From a virus: a stretch of DNA of 64,000 nucleotides. Below are positions 26,792 to 51,200 of the stretch, piece after piece (positions within the stretch are counted from its first letter, which is position 1; each line of letters begins with the position of its first letter). The position numbers and the translations under genes were made by a program. The stretch spans positions 3,248 to 67,247 of the IMG/VR virus record IMGVR_UViG_3300042387_000230. One strand, 5' to 3'. A model generated the notes under the pieces. It was not told where the DNA came from. It was given only the letters and a program-made list of their open reading frames with translations, and searched no databases.

Positions 26792-28822
26792 TTAGTCCTC
26801 GATTGCAGCCGCAGTTGCGCCACCAGTGGTGTCGCGTAGAGCTGCAGCAACACCGTTGATGCTCAATGAGCTGGTGATTGCAAGTGACTCGATACCAACC
26901 TTGGCAACGTTCTCGAAGGTTTCGATGAACATCTTGTAGTCGTTGGTGCCGACTAGGGTGCTGTCACGGATGATACCTAGGTCTAGAGTTCCGCCGTCTA
27001 GGAACAAGAATGTTCCTTCAGCGAACAAGTACCAGGTAATCTGGTCTGGGAACTCTAGTAGTCGAGCAGCCGAGCCAGCCTGACCAAGGAACGCGTTGAG
27101 GTCAAGCGAGCTAACCATGTCAACGTTCGAGCTTGATAGGTAGCCCTTGATCTCTGCTTCGCCAACACCTAGGGTGCCATCGCCAGGCATGTTTAGAGCT
27201 AGGTCTGCTGCCATCGCGTCATAGATCCACGCAGGAACGATTGCCTTTAGGCGAGTTCCAGCGTCGATACGGTGACGTGAACGGTAAGCAACAGCTGCCT
27301 TACGAACCTGTACCAAGAAGTCACGAGCAAAACCAATAAGGCTAGGAGCCTCAGTGGTAGCAACGTGTGCGTTAACAGCGGTCGAACCTGCTGAGATCTT
27401 GTCTAGCAAGTTGAGCTCTGCCTCGCGAGCGTGCTGAACAAGAGCTAGCTCGTTGTGGCGAGCAATCAACTCTGGGTAAGCACGAGTCATCAAGTTACCG
27501 AACTGTAGCTGCAAAGTGACAGCGTCGGTTGAGACGGTGTTCTCTGCTGCAGAAGTAACAGTCATGCTCAGCTTGGTTGATGGTGATGGAGTCTCAGCTG
27601 AGTCGTTAGCTGCGGTCCAAATACCAACTGCGTCGCGGTAGTTGTACGAGTTAGCTGCGGTTGCGTTGTAGGTGATGAATGAAGGTGGGGTTACAAAGCG
27701 GATACCGCCACGGTCTGCCTGGAAGCGAGGCAATGCATCGCGAACTGGGCGGTCAGTGGTTGAACCGAGGCCGAAGATGTCGTACTTAACTTCGAAAGGT
27801 GCACCGTGGCCACCAGAAGCAACAAGTGCTTGGGTTTCCTCGGCTGCAGCAGTGATCTTAAGTGCGTTTGACTCTGCGTCGGTGGTAAGAGTACGAGACT
27901 CTGGATACTGAACGGTTAGTGATGCAACAATGTGCTGCTCTCCGTCTCCGCCGTTTACACGACGTAGGGTGTGGAGACGCTTTTCCATTGCTGATGCAAC
28001 TTCGTTCATGTCGGTTAGGTTTGTGCCAGCTGTGTAACCTGGGATGTCGGCACCAGCGGTGATTGCCACCTTAATTGCTGGCTCCGAAACTTCGATTACA
28101 GGCTGACGGTCAGCTGGGGCCTCGAAAGGCTGTTCTGCTGAAGCGGTCACGATGGCCTGCTCTTCCTGCTCTTCTGGAGCAATAGTTTCTGATGGGGTTT
28201 CTGCCTCAGTAGCTACTTCTTCAGTAACTACCTCTGCGGTTTCCTCGGCTGAAGCAACAACTGCCTCTTCCTCGGTTGGGGTTGTCTCGGCCACGCTGGC
28301 CTCAACTGCGGTTTCGGTCTCAATTGAAAATTCAGAACCTTCGGCTACAACGGCAGACGCATCTACAGAATCGTCAGAGGAGTAAGACTTGTAGTCTTTC
28401 TTTTTCTTCTCCTCGTCCTCTTCACCAGGAACCATGTCTTCAGAGTCGTCGCCCATTACTGGAGCTTCTTCCTCATCCATTGGAGTTTCCTCAACTACTG
28501 GAACTTCCTCAACTGGAGCTTCCTCTTCCATTGGAACTTCTTCTTCCATTGGAGATTCTTCCTGGCCATCCATGCCCTTGACACGCATAGCTGCTTCAGC
28601 AGCACGAGCAGTAAGCTCTTCTGCAGCAGCTTCGCGACGCTGGACTTCACCGCGTACGGTGTCCAACATGTCAGCAAGAGATGTCATAGCGTCAACTGTT
28701 TCAGCTGTAGGGTCCTGTGATTCAAACGATTCAAACTCGCTTACGATAGCCTCCTGAAGCGCAGCAACTTGCTCGTCACCTAGCTCCGCAAGGTTATCTA
28801 CTTGCGACTTAATCTGATCCAC
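26792..28822 (-). CDS. Major capsid protein with acidic N-terminal scaffold region
   Basis: Glu-rich helical N-terminus; ALVASGG, RPVRDALPRFQADRGGIRF and GTLDLGIIRDS..NDY..F.ETFE motifs; strong AGGAGG RBS; follows the protease. Confidence 0.88.
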   Translation of the reverse strand: MDQIKSQVDNLAELGDEQVAALQEAIVSEFESFESQDPTAETVDAMTSLADMLDTVRGEVQRREAAAEELTARAAEAAMRVKGMDGQEESPMEEEVPMEEEAPVEEVPVVEETPMDEEEAPVMGDDSEDMVPGEEDEEKKKKDYKSYSSDDSVDASAVVAEGSEFSIETETAVEASVAETTPTEEEAVVASAEETAEVVTEEVATEAETPSETIAPEEQEEQAIVTASAEQPFEAPADRQPVIEVSEPAIKVAITAGADIPGYTAGTNLTDMNEVASAMEKRLHTLRRVNGGDGEQHIVASLTVQYPESRTLTTDAESNALKITAAAEETQALVASGGHGAPFEVKYDIFGLGSTTDRPVRDALPRFQADRGGIRFVTPPSFITYNATAANSYNYRDAVGIWTAANDSAETPSPSTKLSMTVTSAAENTVSTDAVTLQLQFGNLMTRAYPELIARHNELALVQHAREAELNLLDKISAGSTAVNAHVATTEAPSLIGFARDFLVQVRKAAVAYRSRHRIDAGTRLKAIVPAWIYDAMAADLALNMPGDGTLGVGEAEIKGYLSSSNVDMVSSLDLNAFLGQAGSAARLLEFPDQITWYLFAEGTFLFLDGGTLDLGIIRDSTLVGTNDYKMFIETFENVAKVGIESLAITSSLSINGVAAALRDTTGGATAAAIED

Positions 28823-28940
28823 TGGTCCTCCTTAGGACAGTTGGTGGGAGGGGTTCTCCCACTTGCTTTCGGTACAAGGCGAAGGGACTCGTGCAAGAAG
28901 CACACAGGCACTCCACCTGAACTCTATTTTACATTAGTTT
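28823..28940 (-). promoter_or_regulatory. Promoter and structured 5' leader of the major capsid gene
   Basis: TGTAAAATAG -10-like box. Hairpins at 28844-28862 (7-bp stem) and 28825-28838 (GTCCT-AAGG-AGGAC, overlapping the SD). Confidence 0.5.
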
Positions 28941-28955
28941 TTATATCTTTATTAT

Positions 28956-31900
28956 TTAGGTAAGTAGACGTAGCATGGTAGCCATCTGAGAAGAGATGTC
29001 TGACTGGCTGTAAACATCACTGCCAGACATAAAACCCTTCAAATCTTTGGTGGCTTTGTCTGCGTCTTCCTTACCTATTTTTTCCTCGACCCTTTCAACC
29101 ATATTTTTCATAAGGTCTCTAAGAGCCGGAGGAAGATCTGAGAACCTCACCTTTTGAGCTTGGTTGCTAAAAGGTAGAGGTAGGTTAGAGATGACCTTGC
29201 CTAGCTCTGCAGCTGTGGCTCGGACATTCTCCAATGAAATTTTGTTTAGTGACCCTTCGTCAAGTCGGTCTAGTAGGCTTAGAAGGTCCTGACCGGCTTT
29301 AGCCGCATCCTGATAGTCTCCAAGACCACTCATCTTCTCAACTTCTCGAATCTGGCTGTTTACGTCAGCCAGTTCGGCATCGCCAAGGTCTTCTTTTAGT
29401 CTAGCTAGAACGTCTCGGAAACGACCCTTGATATCACGCGGCTGATTTACTCCAGGAATAAACTTGCCAGCCTCTACCTCAACCTTGCCGTTAGCAATGT
29501 CTTCGATATCCGTTGGCATCATATCCATAGGAACTTCATCAACCGCGAAGGTTTTTCCCAGGGCCTCCTGGAATGCAGCTAATCTGTTACGTAGATCTTC
29601 TGCACTTGCGGTAATAGATTCTGACTCTAGGTTCTTCCAGTTTTCTGGAACTAGGTGACGCTGGTTAAGCTGACGAGCACGCTTCTTGATGTGATTTCTC
29701 ACGGACTTGCGGTCCTCAGCTTTTGAACGTCCATAAGCTTGAATAGCGTTCTTTAGGTCGTCTAAGTTTCGAATCGGGTACGAGCCATCTGGAAGAGCCT
29801 TGCCTTCTTCAGCCAACTTGTTTCTGTCGTCGCGAGAGATGTATCCAAACTCTGACTTAGCTTCGTCAACCTTAGCCTTGAGAGATGCTACCTGAGCCTG
29901 AAGGTCTTCCTTAGGGGTAGTAATCTTCTCTAGGCGAGAAATTCTAGAAGCCATCTCTGCAATAGGGTCAGCCTTTAGCTTAGCTAGAGTAGATGCACCT
30001 GCAGCAACAAGAGCCATGACGGCACCTGAAGCAACGCGAGCACGAGCAATTGGGAAGCCAGGAACGTTTACCTGACAAACTGCAACAAGCTCAAGGGCCC
30101 CACGGATTGGACGCCAGTCACCAGAAGGAGCTGATGCACGAAGTGCACGAATCTGCTCCGGACGAGCATCTGGACGTAGCGAACCAGCGACCCAGATGCC
30201 GTAGGCATCCTCGCCTGCGTGAACATCAGCGATTGCCGAAGCAGTGTCGTCATAGTGCTTGACCGCTTCCATTGCGCTGGCCTCTAGAGAAGCGTGACCG
30301 CCAGCAAGAGTTAGCTGACCAACAGGAACATCAGTTCCGGCATCGGTACGGATTACTCCGGTGTGGAAGTAGGCGTAGTTGCTCTTTGAGCGTGGTGGCT
30401 TAGTGCCATATGCCATTCCAATGTGGTCGACGTGCCAAGCTGCAATGTGTCCAAATACTCTACCCATGTCGTCAACAGTCAGAGGGGTTGGGCCTTTTAG
30501 CTTAGGGTTTTCGAACCACTCGGTAGGCGGTACAACGGGGATTGCGCCAGCGACAATACCGCAAGCAACTAGTGCCTGAGCGTCCGCAGCATCCGCGTCG
30601 TCAACGTAGACTCCATCTGGAATCATGATTTCCTCCTGGTAGGTGCTGTTCATTGTTGGGTCGTCGTTTATTAGCGTAATTTTGCACTCTTGGAAAGCAG
30701 GCTTTGGTACTATTGTAGCGGCCATTACGCGGGCTTTATTTATAGTAAGTTTCTTTTTGCCTATTTCTTTGTCGTCATCTTCAGACGAAGCATCACTAGA
30801 CTTGTCCTCGGTTGCCTCAAACTTGTCCATGTCGGCAGAGATGCCACGGATAAATCCATTCTTTATAAGACGCTCTACTTCTCTTCCGTATGGCCCATTG
30901 TCTAGGACACCATATGCATTTCCGATTCCATCAATGGTTCTTTCGACCATATCGATTCGACCAACTACCACCGAGCCATTGTGCCCGTCGCCAGTTTTTA
31001 TCTGCCACAAAAGCGGAAGAGGTAACTCTCTAAGAGTGATAGAGCCTTTACTGAATTTACGACCGTCTCCAGACTCTACGCCCTCGGGAATTAGTAGAGG
31101 AATGTGGAACCTAGCCCCGCTATTTTTATAGTCGGAAGAGGCTACCATACCTAGGCGCTCCTTGGCCGATTCGGCTCTAGCGGATAGCTCGGACTTAGCA
31201 ATAATTACTGACGTAGAGTTTACTAGTTCGGTGCTGAATACGTTTCTACCACCTCGACGTTTTCCGTAGCCTTTCCTGTTGTTTCTGTCGCCGGCCCACA
31301 TACCGGTCATCTCTTTGTGGCGTAGAGCGCAGTAGCCTTTAGCGCGTGGGCCTAGGTACTTAGATAGGTTCCTAACACAGCGGGTCCAGTCTCCGCCGGC
31401 ACCCCAGCGTATCTTAAGTCCGCCCTTACCAGTGGTCCAATAACGTCGGAGCTTCTCGGCATTGCCCCTATTACGGTCTGCGCCACCGGCTGCAGTGACA
31501 GATAAAACTGATTTGAAAGTGTCCGCTAAAGTGCTGTTTTCGTCAATAGAATCAAAGAATTTATTGCCAAAAGTGTCTATAATTTCTTGGTTAGGTCCCC
31601 ACAAAACCATCATTAAGTGGTCCAAGTTAAAGATACCGGCTGCAGTTATAGTAGCGTCGTCCACCTGGGTAAGCACGTCATTTAATACGGTCTTGTCTAG
31701 AGGGACTACTGGAGGAGGAGTAGCAGACTTTAGGTCATTTAGAGTTGCCTCGTCTCTAATCCACTTTCCTGCATCTCTCTTATAAGTCATTGGCTCTGAC
31801 GAAGTAGAGCTTGCTGGGACTAGCGCAATCAAATCAAGCACAGCTCTAGGGTCATCTTCTGCAACAATAGCCATGTATAGTGGCTGAACGTCAGAAGTAT

Positions 31901-33578
31901 CTGGCGTCATCTGATAAGTCTTTTTAGCCGCCTTTTTTGTTGCAACCGGAGCCGCAACAACCGGGCTAGCCCAGCCTTCTTCATCCTCAGATACCTTTGG
32001 TCTATTCTCAGAAGCTTTCTTCCATCTAGATATCAGCGGGTGCTCTGAGTCGTCCTCAACCTTTTTCTTTGGTTCGTCTTCAGAGTCTTCTACTTCTCCA
32101 GCGGCAGTTAGTCCTGCTTCAGCAGCCGCAGCACGCTGTGATTGAACCCAACCAGACCAGTTGTAGAGTAAGTCGTGCAAATCGTTTTTGGTAAGAGAAG
32201 GTAGCGTTCCAGGAATTCTGGCGTACGGTCTGTCAATAGGAGTCCTAGGCTCGCCTAAAATACCAGACAGGTCTAGAGGCTTGTCTAGGTCCGAGAAAGG
32301 AATATTCTCCTTAAAGTCTTTTTCTTCGACCGTGCTACGAGCCGGAACTATTTGCTTAGTTCCGTCGCTTCCGGTAACTTCTACGTTGCCGTTGCCAACG
32401 TTAGCGTTTGTGATTGTACCGCGATTGGCGCTGTTATCTCCAATAACAACCCTCTGACCCTGCTTAGCGAATCGTCCCAGGGCATTTCTAGTCTGCCTAG
32501 TAGCGTTCTGAGAACGTTCTTCAGGGGTATAAACACCGTCATCCGGATTAACCGCAGCGGCAGTAAGGGTGTTGTCAATCATGTCCCAGTCAATATCGGC
32601 AGCCGCAAAGATAGCTAAACCAGCCTCTTCTTTATCGATTTCTTCAATAGAGATTCGGCTGTAAGGCTTTTGGTGTAGCTTTGCACAAACGATAATTGCT
32701 GAGTCTGGGTCGATTGGTATGTGGGACTTTTTCACAGTATCGTACGGGTCGTCTAGTGCCTTGTCATAGGTCCAAATATCAGAGTCTATCTCTGCAAGGT
32801 CGTCCCAGCATCCGTCATCCCAGACATACACGGAACCGTCTACATCAATTTTGTAGATTCGGTCAATGCCAGAGCCGTCCATTCTAACTCTGGCTAAAAA
32901 TTCTGGAGCGGCAGATGTTCCAGCATACATGGCTTTTCTAAAAGCATCTAAATCTATAGTTTCATTTGGGGTGTCTTCTAAGACGTATCCACCGGCAGTT
33001 CTAGCAGCAGCTTTTTCTTCTCGCTCTACAATAGCTCTAGCCCAACGCCACGCGGTGTCTCCACCCCAGAGTGCCCAAGCAATGCGACCGTTAGACGGGA
33101 AGTTGTCTTCGCCTGGTGACCAGCCCTTGCCCTGCTTGTCTACCTCGTGGCGTGGAAAGTATTTTGCGATGTGACGAACTTTACGGATTCCAATTTGTCC
33201 GCCCCTAGCAAGAGTGCGAGCAGTGTTTAGACCTACTGAAGTTCCGCCCCTGTCATGCTCTTTTCTCCACTCCAATGCCTTTTTGGCCTCGGACTGTGCA
33301 CCCTTAGGAATAGTGTACATTCTGTCCCCACCCGAGGACGTAATAACATTTACGTTCAAGTCTGAGAGCGATGCCCCAGCAAGCTCGTATGCAGAGCTAG
33401 GAATCTCCGAGCGGTCTAAGGTAAACCAGTCTTTAGAAGAAGAAAGCTCTTCAAGGTCGCCGGACTCTACAATAAGGTTGCAGTCTAGGTCGAGGACGGC
33501 CGCGTTGTCGCCAACGGCGAATAGCGCAAGAGAGCCATAGCTACCCATATATTGCGTAGTATTTTCGGCACCACTCAT
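28956..33578 (-). CDS. Multi-domain capsid maturation protease
   Basis: Directly before the capsid gene. HK97-type protease-like region EG..SGDGR...LPLLWQ..GH..SVVVGRI...GISAD; second conserved region GRVFGH...SGDWR...VNVPGF; accessory domains AWALWGGD, KIRWG..GDWTRC and ALPDGSYPI. Likely start MSGAEN at 33578. Confidence 0.8.
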   Translation of the reverse strand: MSGAENTTQYMGSYGSLALFAVGDNAAVLDLDCNLIVESGDLEELSSSKDWFTLDRSEIPSSAYELAGASLSDLNVNVITSSGGDRMYTIPKGAQSEAKKALEWRKEHDRGGTSVGLNTARTLARGGQIGIRKVRHIAKYFPRHEVDKQGKGWSPGEDNFPSNGRIAWALWGGDTAWRWARAIVEREEKAAARTAGGYVLEDTPNETIDLDAFRKAMYAGTSAAPEFLARVRMDGSGIDRIYKIDVDGSVYVWDDGCWDDLAEIDSDIWTYDKALDDPYDTVKKSHIPIDPDSAIIVCAKLHQKPYSRISIEEIDKEEAGLAIFAAADIDWDMIDNTLTAAAVNPDDGVYTPEERSQNATRQTRNALGRFAKQGQRVVIGDNSANRGTITNANVGNGNVEVTGSDGTKQIVPARSTVEEKDFKENIPFSDLDKPLDLSGILGEPRTPIDRPYARIPGTLPSLTKNDLHDLLYNWSGWVQSQRAAAAEAGLTAAGEVEDSEDEPKKKVEDDSEHPLISRWKKASENRPKVSEDEEGWASPVVAAPVATKKAAKKTYQMTPDTSDVQPLYMAIVAEDDPRAVLDLIALVPASSTSSEPMTYKRDAGKWIRDEATLNDLKSATPPPVVPLDKTVLNDVLTQVDDATITAAGIFNLDHLMMVLWGPNQEIIDTFGNKFFDSIDENSTLADTFKSVLSVTAAGGADRNRGNAEKLRRYWTTGKGGLKIRWGAGGDWTRCVRNLSKYLGPRAKGYCALRHKEMTGMWAGDRNNRKGYGKRRGGRNVFSTELVNSTSVIIAKSELSARAESAKERLGMVASSDYKNSGARFHIPLLIPEGVESGDGRKFSKGSITLRELPLPLLWQIKTGDGHNGSVVVGRIDMVERTIDGIGNAYGVLDNGPYGREVERLIKNGFIRGISADMDKFEATEDKSSDASSEDDDKEIGKKKLTINKARVMAATIVPKPAFQECKITLINDDPTMNSTYQEEIMIPDGVYVDDADAADAQALVACGIVAGAIPVVPPTEWFENPKLKGPTPLTVDDMGRVFGHIAAWHVDHIGMAYGTKPPRSKSNYAYFHTGVIRTDAGTDVPVGQLTLAGGHASLEASAMEAVKHYDDTASAIADVHAGEDAYGIWVAGSLRPDARPEQIRALRASAPSGDWRPIRGALELVAVCQVNVPGFPIARARVASGAVMALVAAGASTLAKLKADPIAEMASRISRLEKITTPKEDLQAQVASLKAKVDEAKSEFGYISRDDRNKLAEEGKALPDGSYPIRNLDDLKNAIQAYGRSKAEDRKSVRNHIKKRARQLNQRHLVPENWKNLESESITASAEDLRNRLAAFQEALGKTFAVDEVPMDMMPTDIEDIANGKVEVEAGKFIPGVNQPRDIKGRFRDVLARLKEDLGDAELADVNSQIREVEKMSGLGDYQDAAKAGQDLLSLLDRLDEGSLNKISLENVRATAAELGKVISNLPLPFSNQAQKVRFSDLPPALRDLMKNMVERVEEKIGKEDADKATKDLKGFMSGSDVYSQSDISSQMATMLRLLT

Positions 33579-33664
33579 GTCTAGAATCCTCCGATAGCGG
33601 CGACAAGCCAATGGCTATTCATATAAACCTAATCTATTGTATCAGTACTAATACTTTTGTTATT

Positions 33665-47397
<13,733 letters not shown>

Positions 47398-47398
<1 letters not shown>

Positions 47399-47676
47399 TA
47401 ATTAATCTCCTGAGAGCCGTAGAGTTCCTGATACTTTTCTGGATTTTTCTGGACCCAGTCGGAAAAGTAGTCTAAATCTTCGCGCGTCATACTAAACAAG
47501 TTTTTTGCTGGGTCTACGCCAGTGCGCAACTTAAGCTCTTCCCTAGCGTCTTCATTTTTGACAACTTCCCACAAAAAATGAAGGTCAGAGTCCGAAGCGG
47601 TTTTTAGGTCAATTTCAACGTCCTGAGCAGAAACGCCGGTAGTCAGTCGTACCGTAATTTTTTTACTTTCAGACAT
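47398..47676 (-). CDS. Small acidic protein, paralog A
   Basis: AREELKLRTGVDP...DLDYFSDW; TAGTG overlap with the start of the 4577-aa gene. Confidence 0.75.
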
Positions 47677-47948
47677 TATTCGCTCGACCCTTCGTCACTA
47701 GATTCAGCTACAATTTTATCTCGTTCCAGGGAACTCTGATTTTTTCTCCAGTTAATAAAAAATTCTAGGTCGCTTGGAGTGTAGTCTTCTACAGATTTGT
47801 ACGGGTCTATCCCTATACGGCTCTTAAGTTCTTCTCTCGCCTCTGGAATATCCATTCTTGCGTATACACGCAACTCGGGCTCGGAGAGCTCGGAAAAGAC
47901 GACATCGACTACTTTAGACCCGTCCGGGCCATCAATAATTATTTGCAT
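47676..47948 (-). CDS. Small acidic protein, paralog B
   Basis: AREELKSRIGIDP...DLEFFINW; AAAGGA RBS; TAATG coupling. Confidence 0.75.
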   Translation of the reverse strand: MQIIIDGPDGSKVVDVVFSELSEPELRVYARMDIPEAREELKSRIGIDPYKSVEDYTPSDLEFFINWRKNQSSLERDKIVAESSDEGSSE

Positions 47949-47976
47949 AGGTATCCTTTGTGTAAGCAGATACAGC

Positions 47977-48108
47977 TTACTGGGCGATTTCTGACTTGTC
48001 TAGTTCTAAATCATAATCCTCTGCGTCGTCCGCATTAGGAGAGGCAATTCCCAACCAATACTCTGGGTCGGTCTCAGGGTCGAAGTTATCAGGGTTGTAG
48101 CGGTCCAT
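47977..48108 (-). CDS. Very acidic 43-aa protein
   Basis: MDRYNPDNFDPETDPEYWLG... preceded by a CAGGAG RBS. The track's longer start lies inside the terminator. Confidence 0.55.
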   Translation of the reverse strand: MDRYNPDNFDPETDPEYWLGIASPNADDAEDYDLELDKSEIAQ

Positions 48109-48138
48109 AGCGTCTCCTGTCAAAAAGTAATCCTTTAT

Positions 48139-48147
48139 AGTATAGCA
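48139..48147 (-). promoter_or_regulatory. Extended -10 promoter element
   Basis: TGCTATACT (TGnTATACT) on the minus strand, just downstream of the terminator and upstream of the small ORFs and the 4577-aa gene. Confidence 0.55.
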
Positions 48148-48165
48148 AGGAATGCTAAATTTGAT

Positions 48166-48202
48166 AAAAGTAAAGCCCCCTTTCGGGGGCTTCACTTTTT
48201 TT
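48166..48202. terminator. Intrinsic terminator, possibly bidirectional
   Basis: AAGCCCCC-GAAA-GGGGGCTT stem-loop (minus strand) with T-runs on both strands, directly after the 3282-aa gene. Confidence 0.8.
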
Positions 48203-48203
48203 G

Positions 48204-51200
48204 TTATCCAGGAGTTACGGTTGCATCTCCATCTAGATTTTTCTTTAGCTCGGCTAGAATTCTCATTCTGTCTCCAAGACCAGTCTCGCCGCTTAGAGTT
48301 ACGAACCAGTACTTGTTTCTTCCGTGGAAGATGAACGTGAATGGACGCTTCTTACCTTCCGGAGTAATTCCGGTTGCCTTGATGATTTCTTTGTTGGCCG
48401 TGGTGTTACCCATAAGAATTACACTCTCGCCTTCGATACGGTAGTTAACGCCCTTACCAAGTCCGCCAGAAGTTCCGTCTTCGCCAGTAATCTCGCCCTG
48501 AGGCATATCAATAGCTTCTACGGTCTTAGCTTCGGTTTCTTCGTTCAGGTCAACCATGCCATCGACAGATGCCCAGTATCCACCAAGAATGTGCTCTACA
48601 GCCTTGCTAGCTAACGACGCAGCTTCGTGGAGAGCGTTAGGGTCGCCCTTTAGCCACGTAGCCCACGACTGAACATACGCGGCAACGTTGTCAATCGAGG
48701 TGTCGACGTTCATCATCTGAGCCAGAATGGCAGAGCCGATTTCAGCGATTAGCTCCTCGCGAGCACGAACATCCTTGTGGGTGCCATAGTTCTCAAGAAG
48801 GTCTTTGCGGTCTAGACGGTTCTGGTGTCCGGTGCTGTGGGTAAGCTCGTGGAACAAGGTGTCTAGGTGCTCTTCGGTGCTGTTGAACTGCTCTCTTAGC
48901 GGCAGACGGATAACGTCTTCAGACGGGCTCCAGTAGGCACTGTCCTGAGCAACGTACTGAATTGGTGGCTTGTCGGTGTAGCTGTCAAGCACGATGTTCT
49001 CTACCTCAGAGATTGCTGGTGGGTCCTTGCGTACAAGCTTAGGAAGCTCTACGCCCTGGATTTCGTCTTCGTTGTAGACGATGTCTAGGCCCATCTTGGC
49101 AAACTTCTTAGTTACCGTTCTGGTCTCAGTCTTGGTCTTGTCAGGGTTGTCTGGGTCCGGAACCTGTACTTGCTCTTCCTTGTCGTACTTCTTGGTCGAC
49201 ACGAAAGTAATAATTACGCCAGGGTCCTTATCATCTTCACCCTTGTTGACGTAACCACCGAGCTTGCTGATGGCGTTCTTGGTGTACCATCTAGTGCCCT
49301 TGTAGTCGCGGACCATAGAGGCAGCCAGGAGAGACAACAAGTTTAGTCCTCTGTAGACACGGCCTGTAGCACCAGAGGTAGGTAGGAACCCGCCTTCTCC
49401 GGTCCAAGGCTTCTTCCAAGGAATGATTCCTTTCTCCATAGCCTCGAGAATGCTGGCAACGACCGTGTTAACAACTTCTTGGTTGCTCTTGTTGGTGCTC
49501 TTGATTTCTTCGGTCAGGTCAACCTGGATAGGGTTTTCGTCTGAGCCTGGCTCACCTGGCTTAGGTGTTACTGCCTGGTTGTCATCAATGTTGTCGGCCG
49601 CATCGAATGCCATAAGCATAAGGTTGGCGGTCTGAGTGCCATCTGACTCGCCTAAGCGTAGAGACAGTTCTTCAATCTTGGCTCGTAGCCCTAGAATCAT
49701 GCTTCTATTCTTACCTGCTGGGCCACCAAGAGAACCGTCTTTATAACGTAGCGCCCATCTCTCAGCGTAGGTTAGAAGTTTAGGGTCTAGGTTTCCGCTG
49801 AGCAACTGCTGAAGTGCTTCTTTAGCTGTAGCAAGATTACTCTGGTCTATCTTTCTAAAGTAGTCAGGGTCAGCTTGGATATCAGCAATTTGCTGCTCTA
49901 GTGAAGAAATCTGTCTTTCTAAGTCCTCGTCGGGGAGGTTGGTGACTTCCCTATCGGCTGGCTTGCGAGAGAGTTGCTCCTTAGCTTCATCAATAGACTT
50001 CTCAATGTTAGCAATCATTTGCTCGTTGTAAGCCGGGTAGCTAAACTCTCCAGGCTTGCCTTCGAACCGCATTAATTGAGGATTATTCTTCTTACCAAGA
50101 AATTCATCGCGTTCCTTTAGATCTTCTTCTGCATATTTTTCTTCATTAGTAAGAAGATCGTTTAGTTCCTCTTCATATCGTGCTATGAATCTATTAAGGC
50201 CAGCAAGCATACGGTTTTTTAGGTCCTCTTTATTGCCTACCCAATCGGGGTCAGCAATTTTATCCTCGAGCTCTCCCCTTTCTGCATATAACTCAGGTAG
50301 ATAGCTTTCAATATCGGCTATTCGGTCCTTCCTCGCCTGCGCCCTACGGGCTGGGGCTTCGGCTATAGATTTCTTTCTTGCCTCTTCTGCCTTCTTTAGA
50401 TTTTTCTTATATTCCGCTATTTCTGCTTTTCTTTCCTTTGCCCGCTTTGATTGCTCGGCTTCGGCTAGTTTTTCTTCGAGAGCTTTTATTTCGGCCTCGG
50501 CCTTTTCTTCTTCTTCTAGCTTTGCTCTCTCTTCTTTAGTTAACTTTGCCTTTTCTTTCTTTATTTGTGCGGAGACGTCTTTTATACTCTTCTTTATTTC
50601 GGCGGCTTGCTCATCGTTCTTGAGCATTTCAGCTAGATCGAGTTGTTCTTCTAGGAATTTCTTATTTCCCTTTAGTACGTCTATTGGATTCGCGTAGTCT
50701 CTAGTTATCTTGTCTACGTCTGGACGGTTGCTAGGCTTCTGCTCATCCTTCTTAGCTTGCTTTTCAGGGTCAGTAGTTAGGTAGAAGCTTAGTCCACCCG
50801 TGTATAGAGTCTTCTTAGCTCGGGTGAGGGCTACATAAGCTAGACGTATCTCCTCGTCTTTTTTCCACTCAGGCTCCATCTTAGATGTGTCTTTTCCTTC
50901 TGCCTCAGCATCTGCAACTCTGCTTGCGTGCTTTTCTGGAGTTTCGAAGTCGTCCCAGATAACAACGTTGTCGTACTCTAGACCCTTAGCACCGTGAGCG
51001 TTAGTAACAAATATGTCCGCGTCCGAGCCACTCAGTGCGCCTACCAGGTCTTCTATCATTTTAGTGACTGAAGCTGCTTTGTCTTTGCCTTCGATAGGCT
51101 TGTCATAGTAGAATTCAAACTTTTCTTTTCCAGTGACTACGTTCTTACCTACAGACTTTCTAGTTCCTACGTAACCTTCACCTTTCAAAGTGTATTTGTT

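Noticed and set aside
33579-33611. Longer start of the protease ORF (MACRRY...)
   Set aside because: A GGAGG RBS lies just upstream of the ATG at 33578, favouring that start.
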